Positions 7,149 to 18,793 of a stretch of 59,763 nucleotides of DNA are shown here, in pieces. The translations under genes and the position numbers were made by a program. The DNA lies in the NCBI GenBank assembly GCA_044368305.1, contig JBIPLS010000001.1, positions 1 through 59,763 on the forward strand, given 5' to 3'. The notes beneath the pieces were generated by a model. That model did not search any database. It had not been told where the DNA came from and was given only the letters and a program-made list of their open reading frames with translations. The DNA is from Pirellulales bacterium. GTDB lineage: Bacteria > Planctomycetota > Planctomycetia > Pirellulales > UBA1268. Numbering within the stretch: position 1 is the stretch's first letter; each line of letters begins with the position of its first letter.

Positions 7149-9173
7149 ATGGCCCGCCGCCGGCTCGCATCTCCCGAACAGCCCGCCGCCGTCCGGGCCC
7201 TGCTCGGCGGCTACGAGTTTTGCGCGTCGCTGCAGTTCGCGGTGGTTCTCATCGCCCTGCTGGCGGTGGTGCTCGGCCTGGGCACGTTCGTGGAGAGCGG
7301 CTTCGGCACGGAGGCGGTGAAGTTCGGCGTCTGGAACACCTGGTGGTTCACCCTGCTCAACGCCCTGCTCGCCGTCAGCATCTTCTGCGCCGCGGCCATT
7401 CGCTTCCCCTGGAAGCGGCACCAGACCGGGTTCGTGATCACGCACGTGGGGCTGCTGGTCCTGCTCGCCGGCTGCCTGATGTCGCAACGCGGCGGCATCG
7501 ACGCCCAGATCCCGCTGCTGGAAGGGGAGCGGGGCAGCCGGGCCTACGAGGACTCCCACCACTTCCGCATCGAATTGGAGCCGCGGGCGGGAGGCGGCCG
7601 GGAGGTGATCGGCCCGATCCCGTTCCGCTCCGGCCCCTTCAACTGGTCGGAATACGGCACGACGCGGAGCTGGTTTCCCTGGGGTCTCGCCCCGCGGGAC
7701 ACCGGCCCGATCCACGACGCCGACGGCGTGCGGCTGGAGGTGCTCGACTTCCTCGCCGACTCGACGGCCGCCCTGGCGCCGGGCGTGAGGCTGCGACTGG
7801 GCAGCGACGCGTTCGCCGCCGCGCCATCCGGGAGCATGTGGATCCCCGTCGATCTCGCCTGGCAGCCCGACCCGCTGCGGGCCGCCGAGGTCCGGCACCG
7901 CCAGCAGGCGGGCGGAGGGACGGTGGTGTTCTGGAAGACCGCTTCCACGGCGGAGGCCGAGGCGTTCCTGGCCGGCGTTCCCGATCCGGCGCTGGGCTAC
8001 GGCGAAAAGGGGCAGTTGGTGCTCGTGTGCGACGGGAAGCCGCACCGCATGCTCGTGGACGACGTGCTCGGCAAGGAGGCCTTCGCACCCGCCGGCGAGG
8101 CCGGCGACGCACCGCTGTTCGTCGAGGTGCACGACTACGAGCCGCGGCTCTCCGGGGCGCGGATCCGCGTCCGTCGCGGCCGGGAGGGACAGGCCGAGGA
8201 GATGGTCGTGCTCGCCGACCTGCCCGAGGTCACGATCCACGCGCCGCGGGTCGGCGTCTATGGCACGCTGTGGGTCGAGCGCCAGGTCGCCGACGCAGCG
8301 GAGCGGATGCAGGGCAAGGGCCGCAGCCGAATCGACGTGATCCAGGCCAAGGGCCTGCCGGCGGCGATCGCGGCCGAGCGGACGCCGGCCGGTTTCTCGC
8401 TGCTCTACAGGCGCTGGCAGGCGCCGACGGCCGTAGCGGCCGCGCTGCCGCTCGACGGGCGACCGGTGCCGGCCTTCGAGATGCCGCGGGCGAAACTGGA
8501 GTTGCGCGTGGATCGTTTCCTGCCGGCCGACGCCCTGGAAATCGCCACGCTGCCGGTGCCCTTCGACAAGGCCAAGGCCCCGTCCGCCAAGCGCCGAGCC
8601 GCGAAAGTGCGGCTCACCGTGGACGGCCGGGCGGAGGAGTTCTGGCTCGCCGGCATGCCGATCCAGCCGATCGAGGAGCCGCCCGGCCCTGCGGAGCGGC
8701 GGGTGGTGGAGTCGCCGACCCGCTCGGCGGCGATCACGTTCCAGCCCGACGCGGTGGACGTGGGCTTCGACGTGCGGCTCGACAACTTCGAGCGCCGGCT
8801 CGATCCGGGCACCAGCCAGGCGTCGCACTTCTCGAGCGTCGTCGAGTTCTTCTCCAAGGAGGGCCGCCCCCTGGTCGACGATCCGGTGACGATCACGATG
8901 AACGCCCCGGTGGACTTCTCCGATCCGCGGACGGGCCGCTCCTATCGGCTCTTCCAGGAGAGCTTCATGGGGCCTTGGCTCCCGGGCGACGACCTCTACG
9001 AGCGGTTCACGCAGGGGACGTCCGCGAAGCCGGCGCGGCTGGAGGCGTCGGTGCTGACCGTCAATTACGACCCCGGCCGCGGCGTCAAATACGCCGGCAG
9101 CGGCCTGATCGTCATCGGCATCTTCACGATGTTCTACATGAAGGCCTATTTCTTCGGTCCGCGACGGCACTGA
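7149..9173 (+). CDS. ccsB: Cytochrome c biogenesis protein ResB/Ccs1 (system II)
   Basis: ResB-like N-terminus: CASLQFAVVLIALLAVVLGLGTFVES ... WWFTLLNALLAVSIFCAAAIRFPWKRHQTGFVITHVGLLVLLAG. There is a large periplasmic domain and a C-terminal TM helix, and the gene lies directly upstream of ccsA. Confidence 0.85.
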   Translation: MARRRLASPEQPAAVRALLGGYEFCASLQFAVVLIALLAVVLGLGTFVESGFGTEAVKFGVWNTWWFTLLNALLAVSIFCAAAIRFPWKRHQTGFVITHVGLLVLLAGCLMSQRGGIDAQIPLLEGERGSRAYEDSHHFRIELEPRAGGGREVIGPIPFRSGPFNWSEYGTTRSWFPWGLAPRDTGPIHDADGVRLEVLDFLADSTAALAPGVRLRLGSDAFAAAPSGSMWIPVDLAWQPDPLRAAEVRHRQQAGGGTVVFWKTASTAEAEAFLAGVPDPALGYGEKGQLVLVCDGKPHRMLVDDVLGKEAFAPAGEAGDAPLFVEVHDYEPRLSGARIRVRRGREGQAEEMVVLADLPEVTIHAPRVGVYGTLWVERQVADAAERMQGKGRSRIDVIQAKGLPAAIAAERTPAGFSLLYRRWQAPTAVAAALPLDGRPVPAFEMPRAKLELRVDRFLPADALEIATLPVPFDKAKAPSAKRRAAKVRLTVDGRAEEFWLAGMPIQPIEEPPGPAERRVVESPTRSAAITFQPDAVDVGFDVRLDNFERRLDPGTSQASHFSSVVEFFSKEGRPLVDDPVTITMNAPVDFSDPRTGRSYRLFQESFMGPWLPGDDLYERFTQGTSAKPARLEASVLTVNYDPGRGVKYAGSGLIVIGIFTMFYMKAYFFGPRRH

Positions 9174-9213
9174 TCCACGGTCCGCGATTCCACCCGCAGA
9201 AGGAACCACGTCG

Positions 9214-11991
9214 ATGCCTCCCATGATCGCCGGCCCGAAGAACACTGGTCGCCGGCCCGGTGCCGCGCGGCCGGCCGGACCGCCGGCTGGCGGCGGTCGC
9301 GGCCGGCGGTCGCCGCATCCCGCGGCGGCCCGGCTGTTCGCGGGCCTGCTGGCGCTCGCCGCCGCCTCCGGCCACGCCGCGACGCCTGCCGACCGCGCCG
9401 CGGCGCCGCTGCCCGGGCTGTCGCCGGCCCTGCGGGAGTGGCGGGAGATCCCCGTTCTCGAGGACGGACGGATCATGCCGCTCGACACCTTCGCCCGCCG
9501 CATGGCCGAGACGATCTGCCACGCCCAGGCCCCGAAGCTCGCGACCGGGCCGGGCGGCGCGGTCGTCCGCTGGCAGGCCGACGAACTGCTGCTCGACTGG
9601 CTCGCGCGGCCCGCGGCCTGGGAGGAGATCCCGTTCCTGATCGCGGAGCACGAGGAGGTGCGCGAGCTGCTCGGCCTGCCGCTGTTCACCGTCACGGCCA
9701 CGGGCCGCGAGCGGCTCAAGCATGCCGCGCCGACCGACGTGGAGGGCTGTGAGAAACTGCGGGCCCGGCTGATGGCGATCGACGAGCGGCGCCGCCAGGC
9801 GGCCGCGACGGGAGGCCAGTTCCGCCTCGAGGGGGCCGACGCCAAGGTGGAGCAGGTGTGGCGGGCGTTCGTGGCCTGGCGGCGGCTGACCTTCCGCGCG
9901 GAGACCGCCGACATGGGCCGCACGCGGTTCGTGCGGCTGTTCGAGAAGACTGCCGGGGCGTGGCGGTCGCTCCGCGGCCGGATCGCCACCGCCGGCGCGG
10001 GCGCGACGTCCGCCGCCGCCCAGTCCGTCGACGACGCGCTGCTCGCCCTCGCCGCGGCGGTCGGTGAATCGACGCGGTTCGACACGGCCGACGCCGCCGC
10101 GGCGATTCCCGAGATCCGCGCCGCCCTCGACCGGTTGGCCTCGGCCCCCGGGCTCGACGCCGGCACCGCGCGGGCCGTGGCCCGACTCGGCGACCGCGTC
10201 GGCATGCTGGCGGAGGCGATGTACGACGACGGCGGCGGCCTGCTCGTCGCGCCCGCGCTGCACGCGGAACCCCTCGAGGCCGAGCGCGACGCCGACGACG
10301 ACGCCCCGCCGTGGATCGGGCTCGCCGCGCTGCTCGACGCGCCGCAGGCCCTGCTCGCCGACTACCCGCCGGCGGCGGTGCAGGGCGTGCGGTCGGCCTT
10401 CGCCGCGCTCACGGCGGCAGTCGTCGCGCCGGCCGGGGCGGGCCGGGAGCGGGACGCGGCCGGCGCGGCGGGCCGGTTCGCCGCGTCCCTGCGCACGCTC
10501 GGCGACGCGGTCGAACCACTGCGGGCACGGCTCCCGGTGGAGCGAATCGACGCCGACCTCGTCCGGCACACTGCCTACCCGCCGCCCGGCAGCACCCGGC
10601 GCGAGACCCGCTACAACGAGGGCGATCCGTTCCGGCTCTCCTGGGTGCTGAGCCTGGCGGCGCTGTTCGCCTTCGCTCTGGCCTTCGGCCGCGCCCGCGG
10701 GCCGATGTTCTGGCTGGCCGCCACGCTGCTCGCCGCCGAGATCGGCTGGACGGCCTTCGCCTTCGCCCAGCGGGTGGCGATCACCGGCTGGGCGCCGGTG
10801 ACGAACATGTACGAGACCGTGATCTACGTGCCGTTCTTCCTCTCCATCCTCGGCCTCGGCTTCCTGCTGGCGCCCATCTGCCGCGGTGGCTTGGGTGACG
10901 CCTGGCGGATGACCGCCCTGCCCGCGCCGGTGGGAAGCATGCTGCCGGGGGAGGCGACGCCGCTCGACGATCGCCGCCGCAGCCTGCTGCCTGGCGGCGC
11001 GGGGGGCTGGACCCTGGCGTCCTGGGCCCTGCTGCCGGCGCGGCTGGCGCTCGCGGCGGTCGTCGTCGGCGTGCTGGCGCTGGCGCCGTACGCCGCCGGC
11101 GGCCGGACGATCATCAACCTTCTGCCCCAGACCGACGTGGATCGGTCGCTCCCGAATCTCAACAACCTCGTCGTCTGGCTCGTCGGCCTCGGCATGCTCG
11201 CGCCCGCCGCCTGGTATCTGCCGCGGCTCGTGCTGTCGGCGGTGCTCGGTCTGGTGACGGTGCCGCTCTCCTGGCGGGGCGGCCGGCTGGCCGCGATGCT
11301 GCCGGAGACCTACGCCCGACGGTCGTTCGGGCTCGTGGTCACGGCCGTCGCCTTCGCGGGCACGTTCATCGCCTGGTTCTTCCCCATTCCCGGCAAGCAG
11401 TTCAGCCCGCTCCAGCCGGTGCTCCGCGACAACTTCTGGCTCACGATCCACGTGCTCACGATCGTCTCCAGCTACGCCGCGGGCGCGCTGGCCTGGGGGC
11501 TCGGCTGCCTGTCGCTCGGCCACTACCTGCTCGGCCGCTACGAGCCGCGGCCGGGGGGCGGACGAAGGCCGCCGGAGGCCTGTGCGGCGCTCGCCGGGTT
11601 CACCTACAAGGCCATGCAGGTGGCGGTGCTGCTGCTGGCGGCAGGCACGATCCTCGGCGGCCTGTGGGCCGACGTTTCCTGGGGACGGTTCTGGGGCTGG
11701 GATCCGAAGGAAGTCTGGGCGCTCGTCTCGCTCCTGGCCTACATCGCGATCCTCCACGGCCGCTTCGCCGGCTGGATCGGCAACTTCGGCCTGGCGGCCG
11801 GCAGCGTGATCGGCGCCGCCGTGATCGGCATGTCCTGGTACGGCGTCAACTTCCTCCTCGGCGCGGGCCTGCATTCCTACGGCTTCGGCCAGGGCGGGCA
11901 GACCGAGTTCTTCGCGTTCCTGCTGCTCAACTTCGCCCTGCTGGCCGCCGCGGCCTGGCGCTGGCGGCGGGAGACCGGCGGCGTCGCGTGA
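9214..11991 (+). CDS. ccsA: Cytochrome c biogenesis protein CcsA/ResC with a roughly 470-residue N-terminal extracytoplasmic extension
   Basis: Trp-rich heme-handling motif WADVSWGRFWGWDPKEVWAL, a multi-TM C-terminal half, and a signal-like LFAGLLALAAASGHA near the N-terminus. Confidence 0.85.
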   Translation: MPPMIAGPKNTGRRPGAARPAGPPAGGGRGRRSPHPAAARLFAGLLALAAASGHAATPADRAAAPLPGLSPALREWREIPVLEDGRIMPLDTFARRMAETICHAQAPKLATGPGGAVVRWQADELLLDWLARPAAWEEIPFLIAEHEEVRELLGLPLFTVTATGRERLKHAAPTDVEGCEKLRARLMAIDERRRQAAATGGQFRLEGADAKVEQVWRAFVAWRRLTFRAETADMGRTRFVRLFEKTAGAWRSLRGRIATAGAGATSAAAQSVDDALLALAAAVGESTRFDTADAAAAIPEIRAALDRLASAPGLDAGTARAVARLGDRVGMLAEAMYDDGGGLLVAPALHAEPLEAERDADDDAPPWIGLAALLDAPQALLADYPPAAVQGVRSAFAALTAAVVAPAGAGRERDAAGAAGRFAASLRTLGDAVEPLRARLPVERIDADLVRHTAYPPPGSTRRETRYNEGDPFRLSWVLSLAALFAFALAFGRARGPMFWLAATLLAAEIGWTAFAFAQRVAITGWAPVTNMYETVIYVPFFLSILGLGFLLAPICRGGLGDAWRMTALPAPVGSMLPGEATPLDDRRRSLLPGGAGGWTLASWALLPARLALAAVVVGVLALAPYAAGGRTIINLLPQTDVDRSLPNLNNLVVWLVGLGMLAPAAWYLPRLVLSAVLGLVTVPLSWRGGRLAAMLPETYARRSFGLVVTAVAFAGTFIAWFFPIPGKQFSPLQPVLRDNFWLTIHVLTIVSSYAAGALAWGLGCLSLGHYLLGRYEPRPGGGRRPPEACAALAGFTYKAMQVAVLLLAAGTILGGLWADVSWGRFWGWDPKEVWALVSLLAYIAILHGRFAGWIGNFGLAAGSVIGAAVIGMSWYGVNFLLGAGLHSYGFGQGGQTEFFAFLLLNFALLAAAAWRWRRETGGVA

Positions 11992-11992
11992 C

Positions 11993-14620
11993 TCACGGGC
12001 GCGGCGGCCGCCACCGGCCGTCGGCGAAGCGGGCCACGTTCACGGCGGCCGCGGTCAACGTCACGGCGATCGCCCCCTCGCCACCGGTCTTGAGCACCCG
12101 GGCGCCGCCCGCGGCCGCGGCGTAGGCCGCCCGCACCTCGTCCCATGCCGGCCCGCCGCGGCCGCTGACGAGCACGAAGCCCGGCCGCGTGGCGCTGGCG
12201 ATCGCCGGCGGCAGGCTCGTGCGGGAGCCGTGATGCGGGGCCACCAGCACGTCGCACGAGTCGGGCCCCGCGGCCGCGAAGGCGGCCAGCGCGGCGCCCT
12301 CCAGGTCGCCGGTGAGCAGCACGCGGCGACCCGCCGATTCGACGGCCAGCACCAGGCTGCGCTCGTTGTCGGCCGCGGCTGCCGGCCCGGCATCGGCGAG
12401 CAGCACACGGGCGCGGCACAGGGCGTCGACCGCGAACGAGTCGCCCGCCCGCACCGTGCGGATCGGCACCCCGCGCCGGGCCGCACGGTCGAGCAGGTCG
12501 GCGACGCCGGCGGCCGGGCTGCCGACGAACGCCTCCGAGACCACGATCTCGCCGACGGCGAAGCGATCGAGAAGTTCGGGCACGGCGTTGAAGTGGTCGG
12601 CATCCGCGTGCGAGACGACGAGCGTGTCGATCCGCGTCACCCGCTCGTCCCAGAGCACGGCGGCCATCGCGCGGCGGGCCGCCCCCGGCGCGCCGAGCCG
12701 GCCCGCGTCGTAGACGAGGCAGCGGCCCGTGGGCGAGCGGACGACGATCCCGCAGCCGTGCCCCAGGGCCGCCACGACGACCCGCATCTCCCGCGGCCCG
12801 CCCGCGACGGCCTGTGCCACGGCCATGCCCCCGAGGCCCAGGGCTGCCCAGCCGGCCGCCACGGTCGCCCAGGTTCCGACCCGCGCCAGCCGCGGACGCG
12901 GCAGGCAGACCAGGGTCGCGGCCAGCACCGCGTACCAGCCCGCCACCCACCACGCCCACGGCCCGGCAACCCAGGCATGCCCGCCGGGAACCTCCGCGCC
13001 GCGGGCCACGAGCCAGGAGATGCAGGCGAGCGACACGTCGCAACCGGCCCCGCACCAGCCGGCCAGCCAGGCGGAGCAGGGGGCCGCGAGCAGGCAGCCG
13101 AATCCGCAACCCATCGCCGCGGCCACGAAGGGCGCGACGAGGACGTTGAGCACGAGGCCCACGGGGCTGACGACGTGGAACCGCGCGGCCACCAGCGGCG
13201 CCGTCACGAGCCAGACGGCAGCGCCGGCGGCGAACATCGTCCACAGGCTCCAGCCGCACCGCCGCAGGCACCGCTCGGCGGGCGGCCGGCTGCGGTCGAT
13301 GAGCCGCTCGATCGGATCGCTCGGCGTCCGCCGCGCCGGCAGCAGCCGCGCGGCCCCGACCAGCACCCCGGTGGACAGAAACGAGAGCTGCGCGCCCGCG
13401 GCGAACACCTCCGCCGGCCGCCAGGCGAGCACGACGATGGCCGCCACGGCCAGCCCGTTCACCGCGGCGCTCGGGCGGCCGACCGCCGCCGCCACGCACC
13501 CCAGCCATACCAGCAGCGTGGCCCGCAGGACGGGCGTCTCCGCTTGCACGACCAGCATGTATGCCCCCGTCGCCGCCGCCACCGCCACCAGCGCGAGCCG
13601 CCGCGGCAGGCATGCGAGCCGCAGCGCCTTGAACAGCGCCAGGGCCAGCAGGCCCACGTGCAGGCCGGAGATCGAGAGGATGTGGACGGTGCCGGTGGCG
13701 AGGAAGTCGTCGGTCTCGTCGCGGGGCAGGGCCTCGCGTCGGCCCAGGAGGAGAGCCGCCGCCAGCGCCGCCCGCTGCGGGGCCACGTGCACCCCGAGCG
13801 CGGTCGCGCCCTGCCGGCGGAGTCGCTCGAGCGCCGCCGGTGGCCACCACCAGGCCGCCGCGGAGACCACCCGCACGGCCGCGGCCGAGTGCACCCGCAC
13901 GATCGACAGGCAGCGGTCGGCCCGGGCCCGGAGCCGAAAGTCGAACTCGCCCGGGTTGAGAGCCGCGGCGGGCCGCAGTCCGCGGCCGACCACACGCACG
14001 CGGGTGCCCGGCAGGAGGTCGGGCGGCGGCCCGTCGATGACCATGGCGGCCCGTCCACCGGCCCGCAGCCACCGGCTGCCGTCGCGGATCAGCTCGACGG
14101 CCACCACGCACTCGCTGGACGGGCCGATCGCCGCCGCCCGCCGCGGATCACCGCCCGGCGGCGGCAGGGCCCGCGGCGACTCGACGACCACGCCAACGAT
14201 GGCGACCGGCGCGGCCGTGTCGCCCAGATGCCAGGCCAGGTCGTCGGCACCGAACAGGTCGAACCGGGCGGCGGTCCACGCGGCTCCGACGCAGACGACC
14301 GCAGCCCCCAGCCCGACCGCGGCGCGAACGGTGCGGCCACGACGGGCGTCCCAGGCCCAGGCCCCGAGCCCGATGACCGCACCGCACCAGCCCGGCACGG
14401 CCCAGCCACCCGCCAGCGGCGGCAGGAAGCGGACGATCGCGCAGCCGGCCGCGAGCAGCCCGGCGATCCACACGAGCGGGCGACAGGGGAGCGGATCGGA
14501 CCGCAGATGGGTGCGGGCGACCCGCCACCAGGCCCGCGCCCACTCCACGCCGCGCCGGCACCCCTCGATCCCGCCGTGCCGCCAGGCCGCCAGCAGCCCC
14601 GCCAGATCCGCCATGCCCAT
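11993..14620 (-). CDS. comEC: ComEC/Rec2 DNA-internalisation channel protein with a C-terminal metallo-beta-lactamase domain
   Basis: Multi-TM competence domain (HILSISGLHVGLLALALF) and the beta-lactamase motif LVVSHADADHFNAV ... LVAPHHGS. Confidence 0.85.
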   Translation of the reverse strand: MGMADLAGLLAAWRHGGIEGCRRGVEWARAWWRVARTHLRSDPLPCRPLVWIAGLLAAGCAIVRFLPPLAGGWAVPGWCGAVIGLGAWAWDARRGRTVRAAVGLGAAVVCVGAAWTAARFDLFGADDLAWHLGDTAAPVAIVGVVVESPRALPPPGGDPRRAAAIGPSSECVVAVELIRDGSRWLRAGGRAAMVIDGPPPDLLPGTRVRVVGRGLRPAAALNPGEFDFRLRARADRCLSIVRVHSAAAVRVVSAAAWWWPPAALERLRRQGATALGVHVAPQRAALAAALLLGRREALPRDETDDFLATGTVHILSISGLHVGLLALALFKALRLACLPRRLALVAVAAATGAYMLVVQAETPVLRATLLVWLGCVAAAVGRPSAAVNGLAVAAIVVLAWRPAEVFAAGAQLSFLSTGVLVGAARLLPARRTPSDPIERLIDRSRPPAERCLRRCGWSLWTMFAAGAAVWLVTAPLVAARFHVVSPVGLVLNVLVAPFVAAAMGCGFGCLLAAPCSAWLAGWCGAGCDVSLACISWLVARGAEVPGGHAWVAGPWAWWVAGWYAVLAATLVCLPRPRLARVGTWATVAAGWAALGLGGMAVAQAVAGGPREMRVVVAALGHGCGIVVRSPTGRCLVYDAGRLGAPGAARRAMAAVLWDERVTRIDTLVVSHADADHFNAVPELLDRFAVGEIVVSEAFVGSPAAGVADLLDRAARRGVPIRTVRAGDSFAVDALCRARVLLADAGPAAAADNERSLVLAVESAGRRVLLTGDLEGAALAAFAAAGPDSCDVLVAPHHGSRTSLPPAIASATRPGFVLVSGRGGPAWDEVRAAYAAAAGGARVLKTGGEGAIAVTLTAAAVNVARFADGRWRPPRP

Positions 14621-14764
14621 GTCAGCCGCCCTCGTCGCAGCCCGCCTGGTTCCGGCGGCACCACCGCCGCCTATCCTTTAAAGCGGGCGCCGCGGCCCCC
14701 AGGGGCAACGGTCGAGAAACCCCGCGGCCCCGGGTTGGCGCCGCGGCCGACGAGCCGGCGGCTG

Positions 14765-15664
14765 TCAGCCGCGCCGCCGGGCCTGCACGATCCGCGGCAG
14801 ACCGGCCAGATCCTTGATCGTCGGGCCGGAATCGAGGGCCGCACCCGCGGCGAGCGCCGCCTCGGCCGCCGCCGCCACCGCGGGCCCGATTTCCACCACC
14901 AGCCAGCCCCCCGGCACCAGCGCTCGCGCCGCCGCGTCGGCCAGCCGCTCCACCACTTCCACGCCGGTCGGCCCCGCCACCAGGGCCGCCCGCGGCTCGT
15001 GCTCGCGAACGTCCCGCGGCAGGCCGGGGAACTCGTCCTCGCGCACGTAGGGCGGGTTGCTGACCACCACGTCCCACGGCCCTGCGGCCGCCGGGTCGGC
15101 AAGCAGGTCGCAGTGGACGAAGGCGATCCGCTCGGCGACGCCGTGCCGCACGGCGTTGGCCCGCGCGACCTCGATCGCCGCCGCCGAGACGTCCGTGGCG
15201 GCGAACGCCGCCCGGGGCAGGTGCTTGGCCAGGGCCACGACGATCGCGCCCGAGCCCGTGCCCACGTCCACGATCCGCGGGGCCGCCGCGGCGCGGCACA
15301 GGTCGAGCACGCGGACCACGAGGCCCTCGGTCTCCGGCCGCGGCACGAGCACCGCCGGGCTCACCGCGAAGGGCAGCGAGAAGAACTCGCGGTTGCCCAC
15401 GAGGTAGGCCACTGGCTCGCCCGCCCCGCGCCGCTTGACGAGCTCGCGAAACCGGCCGCGCTCGGCGTCGCCGACGGGCGTGTCGAAGGCCGTGTAGAGG
15501 GCGATCCGCGGACAGCCCCGGACGTGGGCCAGCAGCACCTCGGCGTCGAGCCGCGGTGACTCGGCCCCGCGGGCCGCCAGCCAATCGGTGGTCCAGGCGA
15601 GCAGCCGGCCGACCGTCCACGCCGCGGCGGCGTCCGCGGGCTCGGGCTGGGAAGGGGCGGTCAT
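14765..15664 (-). CDS. prmC: Release-factor glutamine N5-methyltransferase
   Basis: SAM motif VDVGTGSGAIV and NPPY motif VVSNPPYV. It lies immediately upstream of prfA on the same strand. Confidence 0.9.
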   Translation of the reverse strand: MTAPSQPEPADAAAAWTVGRLLAWTTDWLAARGAESPRLDAEVLLAHVRGCPRIALYTAFDTPVGDAERGRFRELVKRRGAGEPVAYLVGNREFFSLPFAVSPAVLVPRPETEGLVVRVLDLCRAAAAPRIVDVGTGSGAIVVALAKHLPRAAFAATDVSAAAIEVARANAVRHGVAERIAFVHCDLLADPAAAGPWDVVVSNPPYVREDEFPGLPRDVREHEPRAALVAGPTGVEVVERLADAAARALVPGGWLVVEIGPAVAAAAEAALAAGAALDSGPTIKDLAGLPRIVQARRRG

Positions 15665-15698
15665 CGACGGCCCTCCTGGGGCGCGGAGCGGAAGTCGG

Positions 15699-16793
<1,095 letters not shown>

Positions 16794-17054
16794 TCAGGAG
16801 GCGGGCGACTCGGCGGCCGCCGCACCGGCCTTCTTCTTCTTGAGGCTGGCGTAGCCGGCACCCGCGAACTTGCTCTTGAACTTCTCGATCCGGCCCGCCG
16901 TGTCGACGAACTTGAGCTTGCCGGTGAAGAACGGATGGCAGACGTTGCAGATGTCGACCTTGATCTCGGGCACGGTGCTCCGCGTGGAGAACGTGTTGCC
17001 ACAGCCGCAGCGGACGACCGTCTCGCCGTACTTCGGGTGAATGCCGTCTTTCAT
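16794..17054 (-). CDS. rpmE: 50S ribosomal protein L31
   Basis: [27 protein letters not shown]...[11 protein letters not shown] (the CxxC zinc form), 86 aa. The tracked ORF continues upstream, but that part is Arg/Gly-rich shadow. Confidence 0.95.
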   Translation of the reverse strand: MKDGIHPKYGETVVRCGCGNTFSTRSTVPEIKVDICNVCHPFFTGKLKFVDTAGRIEKFKSKFAGAGYASLKKKKAGAAAAESPAS

Positions 17055-17173
17055 GATCCTCATTCCTTCGGGAAGCCCTGTAAGGTACCCGCTGCCGCGT
17101 CGGCGGGCAACGCGACCGGCCAGCGGCACTGGAGAAATCGGCTTTTCAGGGCCTGGGATCCAGTCGCGGCCGC

Positions 17174-18793
17174 TCATTCGGCGGCCGGCGCCTCGGCCTG
17201 CGGGGCCGCGCGGCCCAGGCGGTCGGCCCGCAGGCGACTCCCGAATCGCTGCGGCGAGGCGTCCGCGCGGAGGAGCTTCAAGGCGTCGGCCTCGCGGCCC
17301 AGCCCGAGGAAGGCGTCGGCCAGGTTGAGGCGGGCGGCGTCGCTCCAGCGGCTGTCGGGGGCCACCCCGAGCGTCATCCGCTCCAGGTAGTCCACCGCGG
17401 CGTCGAACTCCCCCTCGGCCAGCGTGAGGATGCCCAGCCAGTAGGTGGCGTCTTCCTTCATCTGCTCGAAGAGCCGGCGCCGGGCCTCCGCCTGCTCCGG
17501 GCCGGCGCCGGCCACTGCCGCCGCGATCGCCTGACGGCTCGGCCGGGCGGCAAGGTACGCGGCCCTCGCGCCCTCCGGACCGTCGAGGTCGCCGCGGAAC
17601 TCGCGGATCCGCGCCGCCAGCAGAGGCCGCGCGCCCCCCGGCCGCAGGCGGCCTTGCTTGCCGGCCTCCACGGCCACCAACGACACGGCCAGCGGCGCCA
17701 GTTCGCGGCGGAGCATCGCGGCGGTGGCGGCCTCGTCGCGACGGCGGGCCAGCGTCTCCCAGGGAAACTCCCACAGGCCGGCGGCCACGGCGCCGGGCAG
17801 CGCCGCGCGGGCCCGCTCCGCCAGCGGTGTGGGCTCGACTGCGAGCCGCCAGCCGACGGTGTCGCCGAGTTCCGCCTCCAGGTCGGCCATCCGTCGTGAC
17901 AGGGACCACGGATCGGCGGCCACCAGCGCCGTGAGCCGCTTCATGTCGGCCGCCTGCACCGGATAGGGGCGGTCGGGCAACGACATCGCCGCGAGCAGCG
18001 CCGCGTCCGTCGCCGCCTGCCGCGCCGTGGCCACCCCGGCACCGTCCGGCCCGGGGATCGGCATGCCGTAGGCCGGGTCGAAGAGGTAGGCCTCGCCGCC
18101 GGAAATCAACGCCGGTAGCCAGGGCCGCGGCGGCCCGCTCGCCGGATCCCCGGTGGCGAGCATCACGCCGTCGAGGCCGGCATGCCGCAGCAGGGCGAGG
18201 AAGATCCAGGCCCGCTGCGCGGCGCTGCCGCGCCCGGAGAGCAGGATCTCTCCCGGCAGCATCCAGCGAGTGCCGGGATTGGAGTCGGTCGGCACCATCG
18301 GCGGATCGCCGACCGGGGCCAACCGGCGGATCGTCCACCGAAACAGGGCCGTGGCGGTCGCGAGGTCGTCGTCCGCGGGGAAGCCGCCCCGGACCTGGCG
18401 GGCGATGTCCGCCAGCCAGCGGGCGTCGCGGAGCGCCGAGACGTCGCCCGCCGCGTCGAACGTCGCCGCCGCGAGCGTCGCCTCGGCCGCCAAGGGGCGC
18501 AGCGGTTGCGGCAGCGTGGCGACGAGCGGATCGGCCTGCCACGGCCTCGACGCCCCGGTCCGAGCCTGACCCCACTGGTTGAGCCGGTCGAACACTTGCG
18601 CGGTGGCCGCGACCTCGTCGAACTCGTCGAGCCGCTCGAGGACCGATACGGCGCCGTCGAGCAGCTGCCGCCTGAACTGGGGCGTCATGGCGGCCGCGGC
18701 GGCGGCAGGGCGGGGCGGGGCGACCGCGGCGGGACCACAGCCGACGACCGCGCAGACGGCACACGCCACCAGGCTTGCCGAAGCGGTTCTCAT
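17174..18793 (-). CDS. Lipoprotein with a transglutaminase-like core (catalytic Cys position is Ser) and a C-terminal TPR-like region
   Basis: The ATG at 18793 overlaps the kdsA TGA (ATGA). Lipobox [46 protein letters not shown]...[10 protein letters not shown] resembles the transglutaminase-like core. The C-terminal helical repeats are TPR-like. Confidence 0.6.
   Translation of the reverse strand: MRTASASLVACAVCAVVGCGPAAVAPPRPAAAAAAMTPQFRRQLLDGAVSVLERLDEFDEVAATAQVFDRLNQWGQARTGASRPWQADPLVATLPQPLRPLAAEATLAAATFDAAGDVSALRDARWLADIARQVRGGFPADDDLATATALFRWTIRRLAPVGDPPMVPTDSNPGTRWMLPGEILLSGRGSAAQRAWIFLALLRHAGLDGVMLATGDPASGPPRPWLPALISGGEAYLFDPAYGMPIPGPDGAGVATARQAATDAALLAAMSLPDRPYPVQAADMKRLTALVAADPWSLSRRMADLEAELGDTVGWRLAVEPTPLAERARAALPGAVAAGLWEFPWETLARRRDEAATAAMLRRELAPLAVSLVAVEAGKQGRLRPGGARPLLAARIREFRGDLDGPEGARAAYLAARPSRQAIAAAVAGAGPEQAEARRRLFEQMKEDATYWLGILTLAEGEFDAAVDYLERMTLGVAPDSRWSDAARLNLADAFLGLGREADALKLLRADASPQRFGSRLRADRLGRAAPQAEAPAAE

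Noticed and set aside
6957-15559. Giant ORFs 6957..10205 (minus), 9124..11874 (minus), 11877..14111 (minus, other frame) and 12230..15559 (plus)
   Set aside because: They are antisense or out of frame relative to resB, ccsA, comEC and prmC, all of which carry clear family motifs. Their composition is Arg/Gly/Pro-rich.
17055-18764. The 656-aa ORF that fuses L31 to a long upstream region
   Set aside because: Only the last 86 residues are L31. The upstream part is an Arg/Gly-rich shadow of the lipoprotein gene in another frame.
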